Of a DNA stretch of 64,000 nucleotides, positions 49,143-64,000 are shown in pieces. How positions within the stretch are numbered: the stretch's first letter is position 1; each line of letters begins with the position of its first letter. The position numbers and the translations under genes are program-made. Location of the stretch: assembly GCF_009914755.1 (NCBI RefSeq), contig NC_060925.1. The stretch is one strand, 5' to 3'. Under the pieces are notes generated by a model. That model was not told where the DNA came from, searched no databases, and saw only the letters and a list, made by a program, of their open reading frames with translations. The stretch is from the human T2T-CHM13v2.0 reference genome, Homo sapiens.

Positions 49143-50689
49143 GGTGCCCGGGTCCGGGGGCAGCTCCCGGTCACAGGCCCCTGCCACCCACCACTACCGC
49201 CAACACTGCCGTCTCCGGCCGTAGCCGCAGCCGCCGCCGCCACCGGCCCTGCTCGGCCGCCATCGCTGTGAGGCGGCTGCCCGCGACAGCTCCTCCTCCG
49301 CCTGCCAAATCTCGCGATGGCAGCCGCACAGTTGCGGACCAGTGGCCTGCTGCTACCAAATCTCGCGAAACTCGTTTTCCCTCCCGGGAAGTTGCCAGAA
49401 CTAACTCTGGGCAGCATGGCGTCTTTCCGGCTTCTCCAAACCCTTGCGAAAAACTTTATTGGCAAAGCTATCAGAGAACGGACAGTGTACCCACTGAGGC
49501 GGCCAAAGCTTAACTGGATCAGGGCAGGTGAGCTTACAGCTAGGAGCGTGACTGCTTTGTCCTACAATGGTCATTTGGTCCATCCTTCTGCCCCTTTCCC
49601 GCCTCCCCGTTTGAGCCAAGCCTCTTTCAGATTACTGGTTAGAGTGACTCCAGCTTTCCCTTTTCCCCCATAATTTAAACAAACAAAAAGTGCATGTGAA
49701 AGTTTCCTTGGAAAGGGCCGAGCATCACATAGGAGTAAAGCCCCGGAAGAAATGACTTGTACAAGCGTCTCGGCCCTTCAGCTCCCCTCCCAAAGATTTC
49801 CAGCTTGCATATCTATCTCTTACGAGCCAGTAACATTTATTGAACTGCCATCTTCCAGCCACAGTGCAAGATTCTAGACACACAGAGGTGAGCAAGCTAG
49901 ACACTATCCCTGCCCTCCCAAAGCTCAAATGATTTTAGGGATAAGGACTCATAGAAATGAGAAGCTAGTCCCTAACGTTTCTATCTCCTAATCCTCACAT
50001 TGGAAATCAGGGCAGGTGGGCTTACAGCTAGGAGCGTGACTGCTTTGTCTTGTTTTAGCTTAAAACCTAAGTTAAAAAGCAAGGGTGGTTTGTTTTGTTG
50101 TTGTTGTTTTTGCCTGTGTATGAATTGTAATGAGAACATAAATTGCCCTTCTACCACTATGCTCCTGGCTGCAGCCACCCACCTTCTTTCTGTTCCTGAA
50201 ACAGCCTAAGTCTTTCCCATCCATTGGTCTTTCACTTGCTGTTCCTCTGTCTGTAACACTCATACTCCTGATTTCCCATCAGGTTTCAGCTCAAATATTA
50301 CCTTACCAAAGAGGTCTTTCCTATTAAAATTGTCTAATTGATTTAGTTGCTAGGCTTCTTCATTATGTTACCCCAATAGAACATAAGCTTCTCAAGGGCA
50401 GAGACCTCAACTGTCATCTTGTTCTCTTCTGTGTCTGCCTAGCTAATAATTGGTGTCCAGTAAGTATTTACTGAATGAATAAGTGTACAAATTCCATTTC
50501 TGGGTATCCCAGCCTACTCCGAGCACCCTTTGTTGCACAAATCCACTTTTCTCCCTCTGCTTTCCTGAGCTGGGAGTTCTTACGCATTCCAGGTGCCTAG
50601 AATGTGAACTTACCCCTTTGCCCAGCTGCATCCCAACTTTCAGAAAGGATGACATCCTCCTCTGATGCTTTTTTTTGTCGGCAGATTCA

Positions 50690-50868
50690 GCAGGGCGGGG
50701 CCTGCCCCTTTAAGCTGGGCCCCACCTGCTCTGGTCAGACAGGTTTTGAGACACAGGTAAAGGGAGGGAGACAGAGAGAAATACTTGCAGAGCCAGCAGG
50801 TAGCTGGGCAGCTCCTTCCCGGACGGACGGATGGACAGACGCTGGGGACCCTCCACTCCATATGGAAA
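50690..50868 (+). promoter_or_regulatory. TMEM79: Probable alternative promoter and non-coding first exon of TMEM79
   Basis: GGGCGGGG GC box and TTTAAG TATA-like element near 50693-50714; donor AAA|gtaaga at 50868; acceptor at 51646 upstream of the ATG. Confidence 0.55.
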
Positions 50869-51688
50869 GTAAGAGGATGTCATGGGTCCAAACTGCAAGG
50901 TTTGGAGTGCCCTTGAGATAAAGGAAGGGAATCAGTCCCATCCAGAAGCAATGAGATGGAGGGCAGCAGGGAGGAGAGAAAGACAGGAGAGAAGGCATAG
51001 AAAACAGCCATGATCAGACCTAAATATCAGAATAGCAGACCCAGGCCCTGCAGAGATGGATGAGGTGGGCTAGTGAGGAGTTTGGGAACTGACCAAGTAC
51101 CAGTGAAGGAAGAGGGTGCCTGGAACTGCCAGCTCTTTGGGTCAGATCAGTTGGCAAATCACTGGTCTCACTTGGAATGCAGGAGGGTTCCAAGCAGGGA
51201 TGTGTAGGGATGGGACAGTGGAGAGGAAGCTTCTCTGTCTACAGCAAGATCCTCAGTGGGAAAGAAACTTGGCAAAGTTCTAGACACCTCTTCTGCCTCC
51301 TATTCCTGCATTAGAGTGGCCATGACTCCAGGGGTTTTGGTGGAGGGGCATAGAAGGCGTGGGTGGAGGCTGACTGAGTTCACAGCTGCCAGGGCCTGTG
51401 TCCCTTGACTCACCCTCTCCTGTTGGACGGCATTTGATGTCGAAAGGGTGCCTCCATTTCAGCTGCTCACTTCCTTCCCTCCTCCCTCTGTTTCAGTGTC
51501 TTCCTCTGTACCACGTTCTCCCTAAGGCTCCAGAAGGGGCCAAAACCCATGAAGCCAGTTGCCCTGGAGAGTATGAGTTCTGTCAACCTGTCCTAATAAC
51601 TAGAAGACAGGGGTTTCTGACAGAGCTTTCCTCTGTTCCCTGCAGGATGACATGACCTCGTGGTAGATCCCAGAACTGAGGCCCCAGG

Positions 51689-58061
<6,373 letters not shown>

Positions 58062-58836
58062 GCCTCTCCGCCCTCGCCCTCGGAGTAGGGGGTAGCGGCT
58101 TGGGTCTGACACATCTTTGAACCTTGTGGCCAGGCCTGGACTTCGCCCCCAGGCCTAGGACCGCGGTGGGTGGAACCCTGCTACTGCCCCAACAGGGACT
58201 CCAATCAATCGGAGTTCTCCCCTTGCCGGAGCTGCCCTTCACCTTTGGGGCCCGAGACAGTCATAAGGGATGGACTTAGTTTTCTTGCAGGGAAAAAGGT
58301 GGACAGCCGTGTTTCTTAAGGATGCTGAGGGCATGGGGCCAGGACCAGGGGAGAGGCACAGCTCCTTCCTGAGCAGCCTCTCACCACTGCCACAAGGCTC
58401 CCTAATGCTGGTCTCTGCTCCACTCCCCGGCTTCCCGTGAGGCAGGAGGCAGAGCCACAGCCAAGGCCCTGACCACTTCTGTGCCAGTTGTCTAAGCAGA
58501 GCGCCTCAGGGACGCTGGAAATGCCTTAAGGATAGAGGCTGGGCATCACATCAAATGGGACTGTGGTGTTTGGTGAAAACCTTCCTGAGGATCTGGATTC
58601 AGGACCCTCCATGACTGGCCTATTTACTGTTTACAGCTGGCCAGTGCAGAGCTGCTGCTCTTTTACCTTTTTAGGCCCCTGTAACTTCCCACCTTTAAAC
58701 TGCCCAGAAGGCATGCCTCTCCCACAGGAAGAGGGGAGCAGACAGGGAAATCTGCCTACCAAGAGGGGTGTGTGTGTCTTTGTGCCCACACGTGGTGGCT
58801 GGGGAGTGCCTGGATGGTGCGGTGGTTGATGTTAAC

Positions 58837-58840
<4 letters not shown>

Positions 58841-58885
<45 letters not shown>
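58841..58885 (+). repeat. (TG)22 microsatellite in TMEM79 3'UTR
   Basis: Perfect TG run. Confidence 0.98.
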
Positions 58886-58887
<2 letters not shown>

Positions 58888-58888
58888 C

Positions 58889-58894
58889 AATAAA
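58889..58894 (+). terminator. TMEM79: TMEM79 polyadenylation signal AATAAA
   Basis: AATAAA followed by T/GT-rich downstream sequence. Confidence 0.85.
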
Positions 58895-59506
58895 TTACTA
58901 CCAGTCTTTGCTGGCTCTTTTTTCCTGTTTGTCCCCCAGTCTCGAGTGTCCCTTCCCTGTTTAATTCAGATGACGATAGAAACCTCCCAGCTCTACCTGG
59001 TGGAGCAGGGCTGGCAGGTTCCTTGGTTCCACAGCAAGGAAATGGAGCCTCAAACAGAAACTTGCCTTCCAAGCCCATCTCTTAGCCCTTCCATTCCCTG
59101 GAACCAGCCCAAGACCAGCCCAACAACACTCACACATCAAGAGACTGGAGCCCTGTGAAAAAAAATAAATCTATTTTCTTGCCTTCCAGGGCAGCCAACC
59201 AGTCAGAATGCCTCTCATTTAGGCCTGCAAGTCCCATCCAAGGGAAATGTGTGGAGATGCAAGAAGGCAACACCAAGGGGACCTTATCAATAGCCCTGTC
59301 CCCTGCCCGCCTCCAAAGTCCCCCAACAAAGTATGAAGGAAGCCCCACCTGGGGGTCTCCAGGAAGTCGAGGCTGGCCTCTGAGGTTCCACAGAAAAGCA
59401 AGATGGGGGAGTGAAGGGGCCGGCTGGAACTTGATGCTCCAACCTCCAGAGTTTCGAGGCACAGCAAGACAGGTTCAGTAATGTCCTTCCCTCCAGAGAG
59501 CGGGCC

Positions 59507-62108
59507 TTAATTTATGGACTGGTACTCTGAGTACTTCTTGTGGTGCAGCAGCAGAACCAAGCCGCCCCCTAGCAGCATGAGCCCTGGGGCACCCAGGGCC
59601 ACTGCCATGATGCCCAGGACTAGTGGGGACAAGCCGTCCACTGGAGGGAAGCCCACACCCAGGAGCATCGACCTAGAGCAAGCAGAGAGAGAGAGGTAAG
59701 CGGGCTTAGGAGGAAAGGCTGGGAGGCTCAGCCTTTGTCCACTTCAACTCCCCAAGTCCCCGGCCCAAACCCTGGCTCTCACCAGCTGAGGTAGTGTTGG
59801 TCCCAATAGCCAGGGCCTGTGGAAGCCCCGAACGTCAGATTGAAGGCACAGAAGTTATTCTGGGACCCAAAGAAGGCTCGGACAATGGGTGACTGGGGAA
59901 GAGAGTATGCTAAGGCAGGATGAAGAGGGGAAGCTTGGCAGGGCAGGGCTGATTCTCGGCCCCCCGGCTTCTGGGAGTAAGCCACTGGTCGCCACTGTGC
60001 AAAGCCTGATGGGAGGGAGCCCCACAGTAGCTGGTCCAACTGGGAAGAAAGGCAAACAAGGGAGGGTAAAGAGGACCAACCTGTGCCCGACCCTCTTTTC
60101 CTTGCCACTCCCAGCCTTATTCTGTGACTAGCAGCAGGAGTCCTGAGTCCTAGGCAGGGCCTCAATCCCTCCTCTGTAAAAATGGGGAGTTCGACTGGGT
60201 GAGGACTGAGTTGTTTTCCAAACCTCCAAGTCTGGACTCAGCCCTCCTCTTGGCCCCTAGCCCCCTTGCAGATCTCCATCTGCCAGAGTGTAAGTCATAT
60301 TGCACTTTCTGTCTGTCTCCACTGAGGGCAGAGACTGGGTCAGATTCATTAGCACAGTGCCTAGCTCTTAAACGACCCAAAGAAAGTGTTGCTAAATGGC
60401 AAATGGTTGAATGAGTTTTAGGTCCCAATGGTGTCCCACCTACATTCCTCACCCATCTGCCTCTCTCCAGGAAGCCTGACCTGGAAGACGGCCGGTGCAT
60501 ATTCATCGTCGATGGAGTGCTGCTCCTGCATTGAGGGGCAGTCAGGGCCCTGGCCCAATGTGGCTACCTCCAGCCCAAACAGGGAACGGTTTCCCCGGGG
60601 AGAGGCTCCAATCAGGGCCACCTCTAGCTGACAGGTGTCTGCTGTGTGCAGGAGGCGAGGGGGTTGGGCTGGTCGGCTGGACCTGGAAAAGGCCTGGACC
60701 TAGGAAGGAAGAAGCATGGGAGGTGTGGGAAATAGCTGGATGCCTGTGCTTAAGGGCCACCTCCATCATTAAATCCCACCCTCACAAATCAGCCTTTTTG
60801 AGCTCTTTCCGATTTCTCACGCCTTACCCTGAAGGCCAGGCTGCCATTGGCAAAAGTCCTGGTAGGGTCGTTCATGGGGTGGCCTTGAAATGTGGCACTC
60901 AGGGTGGCAGGATCCAATGAATCAGTGATGTTGTTCCAAGAGAAATCGGCCAAGGAGTATGGAGGATATGGTCTTCCCAAAGGCTTTGCTGCCGTATCGG
61001 ACACGTTGGTGCTGTCAAACTCAAGCAGCTGGAGGGTGGGGGTAGGGTGGAACTGGGCTTGCCTCAGTTTTTCTCCCGAGACCACACCTCCCACTCACCC
61101 CCTACCAAGGCTTTCATATCTGAGTCTATTTCACCCACCCCCAGTCTTTAGTTCCACCCTCTAATTGGGATGAACTCTCTCCTCTGCACTCTTCTCCTTG
61201 GTTCTCTCCCAACCTCCTCACCCTGGTAAAAACAAGGGCAGAAGAAAACTGAATGCTGTCCTTAGGGAGCACCATCAGGCCCCCATCGGGCTCAGGGGAT
61301 AGCAGGAGGCTCCAGTTGATGCTCAGGGTGCTGTGGGGGGTGTTGGTGGCCACCATTACCACTGCCAGAGGCCCCAGGCTGCTCCACACATAGTGCAGTG
61401 TGGAATTGGTGCCCACTGCCCGTATATGAAGCAGGTTCTGCAGGGGGCCCAGCCAGTTAGGGATGACCTCCAGAGACACCTGGAACATGGAGTAGTGGAG
61501 GGTTGAGGGAACAGGACCAAGGAGAGACACAGGCAAAAGAGAAGCTTGAGGGGAGGGGGGCTTGGAAAGTGCTGGACAAAGGATGGGATTTTGGGGACTA
61601 GACAAGAGGAATGTGTGCGGGAGCTGAGGGAACCCTGGGGTAAGGGGCAGTGGGGACAGGATGAAAAGGGGTAGGGTAGAGGGTACAGCCAGGACTCCCC
61701 TGACCCTGGTGGGCGGGTCAGGGCACAGGGCTGCGAAGAAGAAAACATTCAACACTTGCCTGGACCTGGGTCACCCAGGGCTGAGTCGGGGTCCAGACAT
61801 CACCCTCACATTTGCCCTACTCCACAATCCCGTCCCATGACCCATGACCATCTCCCACACCCTCCAGGTTGAAGAACCCTCCTCTTGGCAGCCACCCTCC
61901 ACCCCTAGCCCCTGGATGCCCGGTTCCAGCCACCCTGCAAGGGTAGCGTTTCCTGAAACTTCTATCGCTGTAGCCCCAGGGCCCTCACCTGGCGGGTCTT
62001 CTCCCCCAGCAGGCCAAATGGGGCTGCAAACAGAAGTAGAGTCCAAAGGAGCAGGGGGCTGGGGGCACAGTGCCCCCAACCCCAGGTGCACTCCACAGAG
62101 CCGCGCAT
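59507..62108 (-). CDS. GLMP: GLMP (glycosylated lysosomal membrane protein, C1orf85/NCU-G1), 406 aa, 6 exons
   Basis: Minus-strand exons 62108-61989, 61479-61222, 61028-60828, 60699-60481, 60039-59783, 59672-59507 total 1221 nt. Signal peptide, many N-x-S/T sequons, single C-terminal TM helix, tail [10 protein letters not shown] with YxxPhi lysosomal sorting motif. Confidence 0.97.
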
Positions 62109-62145
62109 ACGGCCGCAATTCAGCCGACGGAAGAGGTGCCAGAGG

Positions 62146-62155
62146 GTCACATGAC
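62146..62155 (-). promoter_or_regulatory. GLMP: CLEAR/M-box-like element at the GLMP promoter
   Basis: GTCATGTGAC on minus strand, one mismatch to CLEAR consensus GTCACGTGAC, about 38 nt upstream of the ATG of a lysosomal gene. Confidence 0.7.
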
Positions 62156-62708
62156 TCGCGTTCAGCTGATCCCTTTCAAGGGCGGAGCCGCCAAACTATT
62201 TGCTTTTTAAAAAAATTTCCTTTCGTCAGCACCATTTAATGTATTAAAGAACAGCTTTGTATTCTATCTTAAAACAGGAAACGTCAGTCTCTTACAAGTA
62301 ATACAATTTAATATGGTCACAAGATTTTAAGTGAAAAAAAAAACATTCATGCTACAAGTTTTCAGTTTTCCTTGGACAATGCCAAAAACACAGTATTCAA
62401 ACGGCATGTTTTAAGAGGAACGTGAAATCTCATTTTGACACAAAGACAGGTTAAAGAAAATAAACCCAACAGGGAACTACTCCAGTACATTGCCTTAAGT
62501 TCCCAACCCTGTCCCATTGTGGAACTCATACACCTTCTTTCTACTCCAGCACATGAAACTCTGTGGTTCTTCTTCCCTGTGGAACAATGTGGTTCTTCTT
62601 CCCTGCCTAACATTTCAACAAAAATTGTAAATATTTAGAGATGTGTCACTAAATGACAACAACATACTTCCAAAAAAGCCAACTTATTTGTTAAATGTTG
62701 AAAGAAAA

Positions 62709-63860
<1,152 letters not shown>

Positions 63861-64000
63861 TAAAGATGCCAAAAAATACCCCAAACATTAATTGCAAAAG
63901 AAAGACTAATGTTTATGAAGAGCTTATAACATGGAAAAATATTTGTTATAAAATTAAATGAAAAAGTAGGATACAAAACTATATAAACAGTAAGATCTCA

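Overview
Human-type (Alu-rich primate) genomic DNA recognisable as the gene-dense 1q22 cluster. In order: 3' part of PMF1 (+), BGLAP/osteocalcin (+), PAQR6 (-), SMG5 (-), TMEM79 (+) and GLMP (-). I assembled exons by hand from GT-AG junctions. All five complete CDSs close in frame at the lengths I recall for these proteins (BGLAP 100 aa, PAQR6 344 aa, SMG5 1016 aa, TMEM79 394 aa, GLMP 406 aa). Introns carry roughly 45-50 Alu pieces plus L1, L2, MIR, MLT1, MER20 and a mariner-derived fossil. Most ORFs in the supplied track are Alu-derived or GC-rich noise. I found no convincing undescribed biological system. The best second-look items are regulatory: BGLAP exons 2-3 readable in all three frames via PMF1-BGLAP read-through splicing, a dual-frame PAQR6 last exon, a strong SMG5 uORF, stacked micro-uORFs and a duplicated splice-donor cassette in TMEM79, tandem TCTCGCGA motifs in the SMG5/TMEM79 promoter, and tightly packed convergent 3' ends. 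Gene and repeat names come from recall, not a database search; repeat boundaries are approximate.
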